Notes: generated by a model not told the origin, from the letters alone. A stretch of 45,588 bases of DNA from Syntrophus sp. GWC2_56_31 (GCA_001829875.1 MICN01000115.1:1-45588), one strand, 5' to 3'; numbered from the stretch's first letter, positions 34,506-44,093 are shown. Program-made: numbers and translations.

Positions 34506-35260
34506 TCCTCTTCGCCTGGAAAATGCATGAGAACTTTCCCCTTATCCTCGCAGCCAACCGGGACGAGTTCTACGAGCGGCCCACTGCACCGGCCGCTTTC
34601 TGGGAGGACGCACCGGGCCTTCTCGCCGGCAGAGACCTGCGGGAAGGAGGAACCTGGCTTGGGATCACACGGAAAGGAAGACTGGCGGCGCTCACCAATT
34701 ACAGAGATCCGGCGACTCTGAAAGACGGCGCCCCGTCGCGGGGAAAGCTTGTCGCTGACTTTCTCCGGGGACGGCGGACACCGGAAGCCTATCTCCGCTG
34801 GCTGTCGCCAAAGGCGGCGCAATATAACGGCTTCGGTCTGCTCGTCGGAAACCCATCCGAGCTCTACTACTTCTCGAACCGGGGGACTCAGATCCTTCTG
34901 TTGCCGGGTGTCCACGGAATCAGCAATCATCTCCTCGACACGCCATGGCCGAAAGTGGAACGGGGGAAACAGGCCTTCAGAGATCTCCTCGAGAGGGAAA
35001 AGGCCCCCTCGCCGGATACGATGTTCGCTCTTCTTGCCGACCGGTCAAGGCCGCCCGATGAACAGCTTCCCGATACGGGGGTGGGGCTGGAAAGGGAACG
35101 GGTTTTCTCTCCACTTTTTATTGAAAGCCCTCTCTACGGAACACGCTCCTCGACCGTTCTGATGATCGACCGCAGCGGGCGCGTGACTTTTGTCGAGCGG
35201 GTGTTCAACGGCGACTCCGGTCCCTGGATGACGTCCCGTTTCGATTTTCAGATTTCGTAA
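34496..35260 (+). CDS. NRDE-family protein (TANGO2/DUF833-like)
   Basis: Start MCLILFAWKMHENFPLILAANRDEFYERPT carries the N-terminal Cys and the NRDE motif. Overlaps the cobB 3' end by 10 nt. The longer listed ORF (34190-) is the cobB out-of-frame shadow. Confidence 0.85.
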   Translation: MCLILFAWKMHENFPLILAANRDEFYERPTAPAAFWEDAPGLLAGRDLREGGTWLGITRKGRLAALTNYRDPATLKDGAPSRGKLVADFLRGRRTPEAYLRWLSPKAAQYNGFGLLVGNPSELYYFSNRGTQILLLPGVHGISNHLLDTPWPKVERGKQAFRDLLEREKAPSPDTMFALLADRSRPPDEQLPDTGVGLERERVFSPLFIESPLYGTRSSTVLMIDRSGRVTFVERVFNGDSGPWMTSRFDFQIS

Positions 35261-35275
35261 AAGGAGTGTTGCTTT

Positions 35276-35716
35276 ATGGCGGGTCGTGAATATCCGGATA
35301 GTCCGAGGGTTGGGGTGGGGGCTGTTGTTCTAAGGGAGGGCCGCGTCCTTCTCGTCCGCAGAGGGGTGGCGCCCGCCAGCGGTCTGTGGGCTATTCCAGG
35401 CGGCGGGCTCGAGCTGGGAGAGACCTTGCGGGAAGCGGCTGAGCGGGAGATCATGGAAGAGACCGGGATAACCATCCGCGCCGGGGAGCCGGTCTTTACC
35501 TGCGATGTCTGCCATCGGGACGATGACGGCCGTGTCCGCTTCCACTATGTGATCGTCGATTTGGCGGCGGACTACGTGAGCGGCGAAGTGCTGGCGGCCG
35601 ATGACGCCCTCGAGGCACGCTGGGTGGCGCCCGAGGAGATAGAAAATCTCCCCGCCACAAAAACCACGATCAGATTGCTTAACCAGATCGGTTTTCTCCC
35701 CCCTCTCCCCGAATAG
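35276..35716 (+). CDS. NUDIX hydrolase
   Basis: Nudix box GGGLELGETLREAAEREIMEETG; 146 aa. Confidence 0.9.
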   Translation: MAGREYPDSPRVGVGAVVLREGRVLLVRRGVAPASGLWAIPGGGLELGETLREAAEREIMEETGITIRAGEPVFTCDVCHRDDDGRVRFHYVIVDLAADYVSGEVLAADDALEARWVAPEEIENLPATKTTIRLLNQIGFLPPLPE

Positions 35717-35780
35717 AGCTTCCCGTACATCATTGATCGGTCTTTTTTTACGATTTCGTAAGAAAATCATAAAAAACCCC

Positions 35781-35827
35781 TTGACAACTTCCGGATGGTT
35801 TGATAGGTTCGAACCGTCGGGACGGTT
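35781..35827 (+). promoter_or_regulatory. candidate sigma-70 promoter plus 16-bp palindromic operator upstream of the HTH / pilus genes
   Basis: TTGACA (35781-35786), 17-nt spacer, TAGGTT (35804-35809), then the palindrome AACCGTC-GG-GACGGTT (35812-35827) around the predicted start site. Confidence 0.4.
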
Positions 35828-35866
35828 GCTACTCCGTTTCATATCATTTCAAGGAGGGGGGAAGGC

Positions 35867-36124
35867 ATGATTATTTTCAATGGCCAGACCTACTTCACCA
35901 TTATCGATGCGGCGGCGGAGTTTGGCGTATCAGCGAAGACGATCCGCCAGTACATCGCAAAGGAGATCATTCCGGAGCCTCCCGTCATTCAGTTCGGGAT
36001 TCGCCAAGTCAAGCATTTCCCAAAAGCATACATGGATATAGCTAAAGAGCGGCTGAAACATTATCGGACTGCCAGGAATGGCAGTCACGTAAAAAGTCAG
36101 AACTCGCTGCTTTTGGACTTATAA
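35867..36124 (+). CDS. small helix-turn-helix DNA-binding protein (MerR/excisionase-like HTH)
   Basis: 85 aa. FTIIDAAAEFGVSAKTIRQYIAKEIIP resembles an excisionase/MerR-type HTH. GGAGGGGGG RBS. Immediately 5' of the pilus operon. Confidence 0.6.
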   Translation: MIIFNGQTYFTIIDAAAEFGVSAKTIRQYIAKEIIPEPPVIQFGIRQVKHFPKAYMDIAKERLKHYRTARNGSHVKSQNSLLLDL

Positions 36125-36155
36125 TCGCTTGATTCGGATCTACAGGAGTTGTTAA

Positions 36156-38021
36156 ATGGCGCGACCGAGTGAAATTACATCGACACAAAAGCTCCTCAGG
36201 GTCATCCGTAAAAAAAGGGACAAGGGACCCGTCGCATCGGATCCCGCCGAAACTCCGTTCAAAAGAAGCAGTCGTTTCAAACTTCCTTCGCCGGCCTTTA
36301 TTGCACTTCAGAAATCATCCACGGTCGGTATCGATATCGGCCGTGACTATCTTCGTCTGGTGCGGGTCACCGATAGGGGGCGCGGAACCCGGCAGATACT
36401 CGACCGGAGACGACTGGCCGTGCCGCCAGATACTTCCGTCGATACGCCGGAATTTGCTGCATTCCTGAAATCCGCACTGGGATCGGTATGCGGGTCTCCA
36501 AAGCACTCGCACCTTTGGGGCCTCATGTCCTCGGCCAACGTCGAAGTGCACCATATCAGCATCCCCAAGGTTGCCAATAAGCTGATCGGCAATATGGTCT
36601 ACTGGACGGTCAAGAAGGAGTCGCCCTTCAACGAAAAAGAGACGATCCTTGATTTTGAGGTCCAAGGGGAGGTGGTCGAGCAGGGAGTCCCCAAACTGGC
36701 CGTAATGGCATACACTGCCCCCCGCCAGGAGATCGAGGACCTCAAGAACCTTTTTTCCAGGATCGGCTGGCCCCTCACCGGCATCACGATCGCCCCTTTT
36801 TCGGTGCAGAATCTCTTTAGGACCCAGTGGATTCCGGTTTTTGACCTCACCGTCGCCGGCCTCTATATCGACATAGATTTCTCCCGTATCGATATCTATG
36901 CCGGTGGGAACCTTGTCATGACCCGTGGTATCAAGGCCGGACTGAACAGCATGATCGATGCCTTGATAGAGCAGGCCGGCGAAATGAAAGCGCGTCCGGA
37001 TGCACAGCCTCTCACCCCGGAGCAGGGACGTGAGATCATCCGGCGCCTGGGTGATGCCCCCCCCCCGCGAGAAAGCGATGTCGGGTTCGGTCTCCGGAAA
37101 GAAGCGATCTTCAAGATGATCGAGCCCGCCTTGGAAAGGCTGGTCCGCCAGGTGGAGAGGACCTTCGAACACTTCAATACGACGAGGCCCGGAAACCGGA
37201 TCGACAGGATTTTCATTTCCGACGCTATAAACATCTCCCCGTCGGTCGTCGACTACATAGGAGCCCAATTGGGGACGGCGAGCGCCATCCTGGACCCCCT
37301 TATCGACGAAGAATCAACCACCTGTCCGGATGTAGACGATCTGCACCATGTTTCGGAGCGAATCGCCTTCGTACAGGCCCTTGGCCTCGCCCTCTCGGAC
37401 AACGAACGAACGCCGAACCAGATGCTCACCTACAAGGACAAGGAACGGGAAGTGAGCATCAAGCGGATCAATAGGGCCGTCTTCGCAATCTTTATCGCCT
37501 CTGTCCTGACCTGCACGGCCATCTTCGCATACCAGACCTATGCTATCAGCAAAAAGAGGGAGGCGATCGCAGGACTCCAAGCGCAGCTAGCCCAGTTAGG
37601 CCCCACGGTCGACCGCAACCAGATTTTGGCACTGGTTGCCAAATTGAAACAGAGGAACGAGCTCTCCAGGGTTTACGCCGACCGGTATCTGGGGTTGGTG
37701 CTGATCAGCGAGCTCGCAGCCCAGACGCCGGCGCACATCCGTTTTACCGACATGAAGATCTCCCTCGGACCGGCGACCGGAGTAGATGCCGGGAAAAAGG
37801 AGGCCCCGAAAGCACAGGTGGAAGAGATCACCTTGGAGGGTCTGATCCTGGGTGAAAAGCAGATATTCGAAACTTCCCTGGCGGCGTTCACGATGGCTCT
37901 CGAGGCGTCGCCGCTCTTCAAGCAGGTCGCCGTCCAGAAGAATAGCGTGGAACCCTATCTCAAAGGCGAGACGCTTCATTTTATCCTGAACATGAAAGTG
38001 GCGGAGCAAATCCATGGCTGA
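36156..38021 (+). CDS. fused PilM-like (actin-fold ATPase) / PilN-like pilus assembly protein (MshI-like)
   Basis: VGIDIGRDYLRLVRV... opens the PilM/FtsA-like fold. A single TM (AVFAIFIASVLTCTAIFAYQTY) near residue 440 is followed by a coiled-coil, PilN-like periplasmic part. Confidence 0.78.
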   Translation: MARPSEITSTQKLLRVIRKKRDKGPVASDPAETPFKRSSRFKLPSPAFIALQKSSTVGIDIGRDYLRLVRVTDRGRGTRQILDRRRLAVPPDTSVDTPEFAAFLKSALGSVCGSPKHSHLWGLMSSANVEVHHISIPKVANKLIGNMVYWTVKKESPFNEKETILDFEVQGEVVEQGVPKLAVMAYTAPRQEIEDLKNLFSRIGWPLTGITIAPFSVQNLFRTQWIPVFDLTVAGLYIDIDFSRIDIYAGGNLVMTRGIKAGLNSMIDALIEQAGEMKARPDAQPLTPEQGREIIRRLGDAPPPRESDVGFGLRKEAIFKMIEPALERLVRQVERTFEHFNTTRPGNRIDRIFISDAINISPSVVDYIGAQLGTASAILDPLIDEESTTCPDVDDLHHVSERIAFVQALGLALSDNERTPNQMLTYKDKEREVSIKRINRAVFAIFIASVLTCTAIFAYQTYAISKKREAIAGLQAQLAQLGPTVDRNQILALVAKLKQRNELSRVYADRYLGLVLISELAAQTPAHIRFTDMKISLGPATGVDAGKKEAPKAQVEEITLEGLILGEKQIFETSLAAFTMALEASPLFKQVAVQKNSVEPYLKGETLHFILNMKVAEQIHG

Positions 38022-38553
38022 GCTGAAAATGACCGACTATATACCGCGGCAGAGCATCATCTATTTCGGGTTCTGCCTGGCCGGCGTCATTATCTTCATC
38101 CTGGCGGGGATATTGCCGAACATCTGGACGATGGAGGAACTGGGAAGGCAAGCCACGGATACCCGGTTCCGGCTCGAGGAAAAGCGAGCGCTCAGCCCTC
38201 TCAAGAAGTCTCTCCATGATAGGAGCATGAAGAAGGAATCGGATGTCCTTCCCCTGCCGGTGAAAGGAAAACTGGCGAGGACCGAGCTCAATACGCTTCC
38301 ACTCACTTTCGGCGCCTTGGCCAAGAAGAGCGGGATGTCCATGACGTCGGCGATCCCGAATATCAGCGCGCTGACCGGCGACGCCTCGTCGCTGTCGGTC
38401 AACGTCGTCCTGAAGGGAGATTTCATCAACTTTCGGAAATTTCTTATCCAGCTCGGGGGCACTCCCTCTGTGCAGCATATCGAAGAGATCACGCTTCAGC
38501 AGAAACCGGACAGCAAGGAGTTCAGGCTGAAGATTTGGGTAGCCATCGGATGA
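38014..38553 (+). CDS. PilO/MshJ-like pilus assembly protein
   Basis: Single N-terminal TM (IIYFGFCLAGVIIFILAGILP), coiled-coil, then a small alpha/beta domain. Assigned from its position between the PilMN and secretin genes. 8-nt overlap with the upstream gene. Confidence 0.55.
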   Translation: MAELKMTDYIPRQSIIYFGFCLAGVIIFILAGILPNIWTMEELGRQATDTRFRLEEKRALSPLKKSLHDRSMKKESDVLPLPVKGKLARTELNTLPLTFGALAKKSGMSMTSAIPNISALTGDASSLSVNVVLKGDFINFRKFLIQLGGTPSVQHIEEITLQQKPDSKEFRLKIWVAIG

Positions 38554-38568
38554 ACAGGCGGGCTTGAC

Positions 38569-39066
38569 ATGGATAAATTCGGTAAGCGAGAAAAGATCAT
38601 CCTGGGAATGATGGCAATCGTGATCCTATACGCCGCCTTCGATTTTCTGACGTCGGGCAAAAAGGACCAAGGGGTGGATATGGGTCAGAAGACCGCCGAA
38701 CTGAACACCTTCGTGACCGACATCACCACGAACATGGCAAAGGACACATCAAAAGATCCAGGTGCGCTTGTCTTCAGCCGGGCGGAAAAGGAATGGACGC
38801 AGGACCCTTTTCTGGGCAACAAGGCCTATAAATTGTGGACCGAGGCCAAGGCGCCTCCCAGAGATACCGCCCCGAAAATCGAACTCGCCTATACCGGTTA
38901 TCTCGAGGTCGGCCGGAAACGGATGGCCATCATCAACGGCGTGGAATATCGGGAAGGCGAATCCCTGGAACTCCAGGGATTCGTGCTGAAGACCATCTCC
39001 CCGACGAGGGTCGCCATCGAAAACCGTGCGACCAAGAAGTTGCTGACTTTTTCGCTGCAGGAGTAA
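38569..39066 (+). CDS. PilP/MshK-like pilus assembly protein
   Basis: N-terminal TM (IILGMMAIVILYAAF) and a C-terminal beta segment (RMAIINGVEYREGESLELQGFVLKTISPTRVAI) resembling PilP/GspC-type secretin-interacting domains. Assigned partly by position. Confidence 0.5.
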   Translation: MDKFGKREKIILGMMAIVILYAAFDFLTSGKKDQGVDMGQKTAELNTFVTDITTNMAKDTSKDPGALVFSRAEKEWTQDPFLGNKAYKLWTEAKAPPRDTAPKIELAYTGYLEVGRKRMAIINGVEYREGESLELQGFVLKTISPTRVAIENRATKKLLTFSLQE

Positions 39067-40688
39067 TGGAGGCATTAATGGATCATATCAATAAAACATG
39101 TCGACGAGCTCTGGCGGGCGTCATGATATCTGCTCTTTTGATATTCGGTTGTGCGGCCGAACAGGCCGTAAAGAAGGATCCTTTCTTTGACAAATGGACG
39201 ACGATGGCGAATACGGCAACAGGCCATTCGCCGGCCCCGCGCGAGAAAAGCTCGGCCGTTATCCAGGAGCTGCTCAAAGGCGGCGCAGAGACGGGGAGAG
39301 AAGAAGCGACCGCACCGGTCAGAAAGCTCCCGACTCAGATGGTCAGCCTCAAGATGCGCCAGGCCGACATCAAGACCGTCCTGCGCGCCCTCGCCCGGAT
39401 CGTCGATCATAATATCCTCGTAAAAAGCGAGATTCAGGGTGACGTGACCATCGATTTCCGGGATGTCCCCTGGGACCAGGCCTTCAAAAGTCTGCTGGGC
39501 ACCAAGGGCCTGACCTACGCCTGGGAGGGCGACATCCTCAGGGTTTTGACCTTCGAAGATCAGGAACTTGATCTGAAACGGAAGACCCAGGAGCTGGGCG
39601 TCAAGTGGGTTGAACCGCTCCTGACCGTCATCGTCCCGATCGATTACGCAAAACCGAAGGACCTGAAAGAGAACCTCGAAACCTTCCTCACACGGAGCAA
39701 GGAGGACAAGCCGCGCGGGGCGGTCCGCGTGGATGAACACAGCAACTCGCTCATCATCTCGGCGATCAAGGATGACCTGGTCCGGATGATGCCGATCATC
39801 GAGAAAATCGACAAACCGACTCCCCAAGTCCAGATCAAGGCCAATATCGTCGAGACGTCAAAGGACACGGCCCGGAACCTGGGGATCCAGTGGGGCGGCA
39901 TGTATGCCCGCCAGGCCGGGAACAGCAACCTCTTTATTACCCCGGGCGGCTCGGCAGGCTCGACCACGCCTCCGGGGAGCGCCCTGTCGGGGGGCTATAC
40001 GCCCACCACCGGCGCCACGGGGATCAGCGGCCAGGGCTTCGGCGTCAACTTCCCCGTCGCCTCGAGCGTCATGTCCGGAGGGGCAGCTTCTCTGGGTTTG
40101 CTGTTCGGCAGCATCGGGGGCAATCTCCTGGATCTCCAGTTAACCGCCCTCCAGAACGAGAACAAATTGAACATCCTCTCCAGCCCCTCTATTACAACAC
40201 TCGACAATCAGAAGGCCTTCACGGAAAACGGGCAACGGGTCCCCTATTCGACGCTCGACACCAGCGTCAATCCGCCCGTAAGGACGGTAAAATTTGAGGA
40301 TGTCGTGCTCCGCCTGGAGATCACGCCGCACGTCATCGACGGTGAAAACCTGTTAATGAAAATCCTCGTGAAAAAAGACGAGGTGCACCCGACAAAAAAC
40401 GTCGACGGAAATCCTTTCATCATTAAAAAGCAGACGGAGACCACCTTCATCATCCGGGACGGCGAGACCATCGTTATCTCCGGCCTGACGAAGCAATCGG
40501 GAACGGACGCGGTCAGCGGCGTCCCCGGCCTGAAGGATATCCCCGCCCTGGGCTGGCTTTTCAAGGGTGAAGGAAAGAACGAGACGATGGAGGAGGTTCT
40601 CATCTTCATCACACCGAAGATCCTTCCCGCCCTGTCCAGGGCGGAAACGCCGACCCGCGGGACCGGGGCGACCAAGTCGGCGCCGTGA
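39066..40688 (+). CDS. type IV pilus secretin (PilQ/MshL family), probable lipoprotein
   Basis: Start MEALMDHINKTCRRALAGVMISALLIFGC (lipobox IFGC), TAATG overlap with the upstream stop. Secretin C-domain: LNILSSPSITTLDNQKA..., GVPGLKDIPALGWLFK. The listed ORF start 38835 is an upstream out-of-gene extension. Confidence 0.9.
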   Translation: MEALMDHINKTCRRALAGVMISALLIFGCAAEQAVKKDPFFDKWTTMANTATGHSPAPREKSSAVIQELLKGGAETGREEATAPVRKLPTQMVSLKMRQADIKTVLRALARIVDHNILVKSEIQGDVTIDFRDVPWDQAFKSLLGTKGLTYAWEGDILRVLTFEDQELDLKRKTQELGVKWVEPLLTVIVPIDYAKPKDLKENLETFLTRSKEDKPRGAVRVDEHSNSLIISAIKDDLVRMMPIIEKIDKPTPQVQIKANIVETSKDTARNLGIQWGGMYARQAGNSNLFITPGGSAGSTTPPGSALSGGYTPTTGATGISGQGFGVNFPVASSVMSGGAASLGLLFGSIGGNLLDLQLTALQNENKLNILSSPSITTLDNQKAFTENGQRVPYSTLDTSVNPPVRTVKFEDVVLRLEITPHVIDGENLLMKILVKKDEVHPTKNVDGNPFIIKKQTETTFIIRDGETIVISGLTKQSGTDAVSGVPGLKDIPALGWLFKGEGKNETMEEVLIFITPKILPALSRAETPTRGTGATKSAP

Positions 40689-40746
40689 CCGTCTCGCTGC
40701 CGGAAAAATGGAATATAATTCGGTAACGTGATATGGTTCGAATAGC

Positions 40747-42372
40747 ATGGACTACTTCAAGATACTCAGCCTGAACCGGGAGCCGTTCTCCAACTCGCCG
40801 GAGCCGGACTTGTTTTTCCTATCCACGGAACATCTGGCCTGCCTGCAGCAATTGGAGCTGGCCATACGTCTGCGCCGAGGTCTCAACGTGGTCATGGGCG
40901 ACGTGGGTATGGGCAAGACCACCCTCTGCCGACAGCTTATCCTCAGGTTTACGGAACCGGAAACCGATTCCAATGAGGTGCAGACCCACCTCCTGCTCGA
41001 TCCCTCCTTCAGCAACACCCGTGAATTTCTTTCCACTGTCGCAACGACCTTCGGCCTGCCCGGAGCGGAAACAGCGGAAAGCGATTGGCATCTGAAGGAA
41101 TCCATTAAAAATTATCTCTTCCAGAAGGGTGTGGACGAAAAAAAAACGATCGCCCTGATCATCGACGAGGGGCAGAAACTTCCCGGCTTCTGCCGGGAGG
41201 TCCTCCGCGAGTTTCTGAACTATGAAACGAACGAAAACAAACTCCTCCAGATCGTCATTTTCGCCCAGAACGAATTCAGGCGGATACTGAAACGTCATGC
41301 CAATTTCGCCGACCGCGTGAACCAGTACTATTTTCTCAAACCTCTCAATTTCAGGGAAACGAAGGCGTTGATCCGCTTCCGGCTTTCCCGGTCCGGCCGT
41401 CCGGCGGAAATGCCGGCCCTCTTCACACTCCCCGGCCTGTGGGCGGTATACCTCGCCACTGGAGGGTACCCGCGCAGGATCATCACCCTGTGTCACCGGA
41501 TACTGCTCACGCTGATCATTCAGAACAAGACCGGCGCCGGCTGGACCGTCGTCCGCTCGACCACCCGACGGATGCTGCCCCGCACGACCCGGAAGAGTCG
41601 GTGGGTCACGGCCGGCGTTCTCACAAGCCTGGCGCTGGCGCTGACCGCATTCTCCTTCCTTTTACCCGATCCGCCGGATACGGTCAGGCCGACAGCGACC
41701 GCTGTGCAGCCGATCGAGACCTCGACAAAATCGAAAGCGTACGTCGGGTCAGCCGCAGGGGTCCAGAATGACGCCGCCTCGGAGCAACCGCACCTCCGGC
41801 CGGTCGCAGACCGGACCGCGAGCCTCCCAGCGACCGCCAAGACGACGCAGGAGAAAACGGCGCCGACGAAATCGCCGGGCGCATCCGAACGGTATCGGAC
41901 ACCCCCCGCTCTGCTTGGGAGCCTGAAGATCCGCGAACACGATGAGGTTCTCCGGTTTCTGCTGGAGATTTACGGCAACACCGAAAGCTACCGTTTCCAG
42001 GCGGTTATAAGTGCCAATCCCCATATCGTCGATATGAACATCATCCAGCCGGGAGAGACGATCGTCTTCCCAGCCATCGCGGCACAGGCACAGATGTTGG
42101 CGACGGCAGGATACTGGATACGGATTGCGAAGAAAGGCAGCCTCGAAGAAGCGTACCGGATCTTCAAAACCTACCCGCAGGAGCAACTGCCGATCCGACT
42201 GATCCCCTCATGGACCCAAAAAGACGGTTTGGCATTTACGATTGTCCTGAAGAAGGGTTTCTCCAGCGAGGCAGCGGCGCAGAACGCCATTCCGACTCTG
42301 CCGTCGATGTTTGCTGCGAGCGCGGAAATCATGAAGACACCGGAAAGGGATACCGTCTATTTCGCCTATTGA
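40747..42372 (+). CDS. ExeA/MshM-like AAA ATPase with C-terminal peptidoglycan-binding-like region
   Basis: N-terminal FSNSPEPDLFFLSTEH...GDVGMGKTTLCRQL (Walker A) and IIDEGQ (Walker B). A TM (WVTAGVLTSLALALTAFSFLL), a Pro/Thr-rich linker, then LysM-like (IQPGETIVFP) and SPOR-like (GYWIRIAKKGSLEEAYRIF...) segments. The last two are inferred. Confidence 0.82.
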   Translation: MDYFKILSLNREPFSNSPEPDLFFLSTEHLACLQQLELAIRLRRGLNVVMGDVGMGKTTLCRQLILRFTEPETDSNEVQTHLLLDPSFSNTREFLSTVATTFGLPGAETAESDWHLKESIKNYLFQKGVDEKKTIALIIDEGQKLPGFCREVLREFLNYETNENKLLQIVIFAQNEFRRILKRHANFADRVNQYYFLKPLNFRETKALIRFRLSRSGRPAEMPALFTLPGLWAVYLATGGYPRRIITLCHRILLTLIIQNKTGAGWTVVRSTTRRMLPRTTRKSRWVTAGVLTSLALALTAFSFLLPDPPDTVRPTATAVQPIETSTKSKAYVGSAAGVQNDAASEQPHLRPVADRTASLPATAKTTQEKTAPTKSPGASERYRTPPALLGSLKIREHDEVLRFLLEIYGNTESYRFQAVISANPHIVDMNIIQPGETIVFPAIAAQAQMLATAGYWIRIAKKGSLEEAYRIFKTYPQEQLPIRLIPSWTQKDGLAFTIVLKKGFSSEAAAQNAIPTLPSMFAASAEIMKTPERDTVYFAY

Positions 42373-42386
42373 GAAGGTGTGAACCT

Positions 42387-44093
42387 ATGATCGTCAAGAA
42401 AAGACTGGGGGAAATGCTCGTCGAGAGCAAGCTCCTCACGGAAGAGCAGCTCGGGCAGGCCCTTGTCGAACAAAAGAAGGCCGGCCTCAGGTTGGGGCAG
42501 TATATCAGCCGTCAGGGGATTGTCAGCGAGGGCGTTATCGTGGATGTCCTGAGCAAGCAGCTCAAGATCGAGAAATACCGCCCCGACCTCTATCCCCTCG
42601 ATATGACCCTCTCCCACCTGATCCCGTTCGAGACAGCCCAGAAATTCATGATTGCACCGCTCCGAAAGAAGGGGCGCCTCCTCACGATCGCCATGACCGA
42701 CCCCCTGGACATCAACGCCCTGGACACCATCGAGGTCATGACCAACTCCGAGGTAGAGCCGGTCGTCTGTACGGAGCGCGAGTTCAACCAACTGACCAGC
42801 GGCATCTACGGGATGCAAACCGGCATGAGCGGCGTTCTCGAAAAGATGGACATCGAGGCCGAACCCGAAGCGGTAACGGCTCAGGAGGCGGCCGCGGAAG
42901 AGATTCAGGTCGCATCCCTGCAGGACATGGCCGGCGAAGTCCCGGTGATCCGCCTGGCCAATTCCATCTTCGCCTCGGCGATCCGCGACGGGGCGAGCGA
43001 CGTCCACATCAGCCCCCAAAAAACCAGCATCCAATTGCGCTTCCGGATCGACGGAAAGCTCCACGAAGTCCCTTCGCCTCCGAAATCACTCGGTCTGCCG
43101 CTCGTCGCCCGGATGAAGATCCTGGCCGACATGGACATCACGATTTCCAGAATACCCCAGGACGGCCGGTTTACGCTCAAGATGGAAAAGAAGGAGATCA
43201 ACGTACGCGTCTCTTCCCTGCCCACGATCTACGGCGAGAATGTCGTCCTGCGACTTCTGGACATGAGTTCGGGGGTCTATTCGCTCGACCGCCTGGGAAT
43301 GATAAAATCGGACCGCGACAAGATCCAGACAATGATGCGCAAAGCCTACGGCATGATCCTGAGCACCGGCCCTACCGGAAGCGGCAAGAGCACCAGCCTC
43401 TACTCGATACTGAACGAACTCAATCAACCGGATACGAACATCATCACGCTCGAAGACCCTGTCGAATACCGGATCGACAACATCCGACAAGTCCAGCTCA
43501 ACCGGAAGGCGGGAATGACTTTCGCGGGCGGCTTGCGTTCGATCCTCAGACAGGACCCGGACATCATCATGGTCGGCGAGATCCGGGATTCCGAAACCGC
43601 GTCGATCGCCATCCAGGCGGCACAGACGGGCCATCGCCTTTTGAGCACCCTCCATACGAACGATGCGGCGGGCGCCATCACCCGGTTCATCGATATGGGA
43701 GTGGAGCCGTTTCTCGTCGCGTCGGCGCTTCTGGTCTCCTTCGCCCAACGGCTGGTTCGGACGGTCTGCCCCTACTGCAAGGAATCTTACAAACCGTCGG
43801 AGGCCGCCCTTGCCGCCTGGGGCCTCGATCGTGTCGAAAATGCCAATTTCCAGCACGGCAAGGGCTGCTATCAATGCAAGAGCAGCGGCTACAAAGGGCG
43901 GACCGGGATCTTCGAGGTGCTCGTCAATGATGAGGAGCTCCAGGAGATGATCCTGACGAGAAAAACGGCGCAAGAGATGACGCGGACAGCCGTGGAGTCG
44001 GGAAAACTCCGGACCCTGAAGGAGGATGCAACCAGTAAGGTCCTCCAGGGAATTACAACACTCGAAGAGGCCGCCTCGTCGGTGATGGTTTAG
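42387..44093 (+). CDS. mshE: type IV pilus assembly ATPase with N-terminal MshEN c-di-GMP-binding domain
   Basis: Start MIVKKRLGEMLVESKLL... Tandem 24-residue MshEN motifs, GspE_N domain, Walker A GPTGSGKST, Asp/His boxes, and tetracysteine CPYC...CYQC. The track start 42210 is an upstream extension. Confidence 0.93.
   Translation: MIVKKRLGEMLVESKLLTEEQLGQALVEQKKAGLRLGQYISRQGIVSEGVIVDVLSKQLKIEKYRPDLYPLDMTLSHLIPFETAQKFMIAPLRKKGRLLTIAMTDPLDINALDTIEVMTNSEVEPVVCTEREFNQLTSGIYGMQTGMSGVLEKMDIEAEPEAVTAQEAAAEEIQVASLQDMAGEVPVIRLANSIFASAIRDGASDVHISPQKTSIQLRFRIDGKLHEVPSPPKSLGLPLVARMKILADMDITISRIPQDGRFTLKMEKKEINVRVSSLPTIYGENVVLRLLDMSSGVYSLDRLGMIKSDRDKIQTMMRKAYGMILSTGPTGSGKSTSLYSILNELNQPDTNIITLEDPVEYRIDNIRQVQLNRKAGMTFAGGLRSILRQDPDIIMVGEIRDSETASIAIQAAQTGHRLLSTLHTNDAAGAITRFIDMGVEPFLVASALLVSFAQRLVRTVCPYCKESYKPSEAALAAWGLDRVENANFQHGKGCYQCKSSGYKGRTGIFEVLVNDEELQEMILTRKTAQEMTRTAVESGKLRTLKEDATSKVLQGITTLEEAASSVMV

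Noticed and set aside
35804-35830. GGTTCGAACC resembling a tRNA T-loop.
   Set aside because: Flanking bases do not form a T-stem, acceptor stem or anticodon arm. The sequence is better explained as part of adjacent palindromes in a promoter region.
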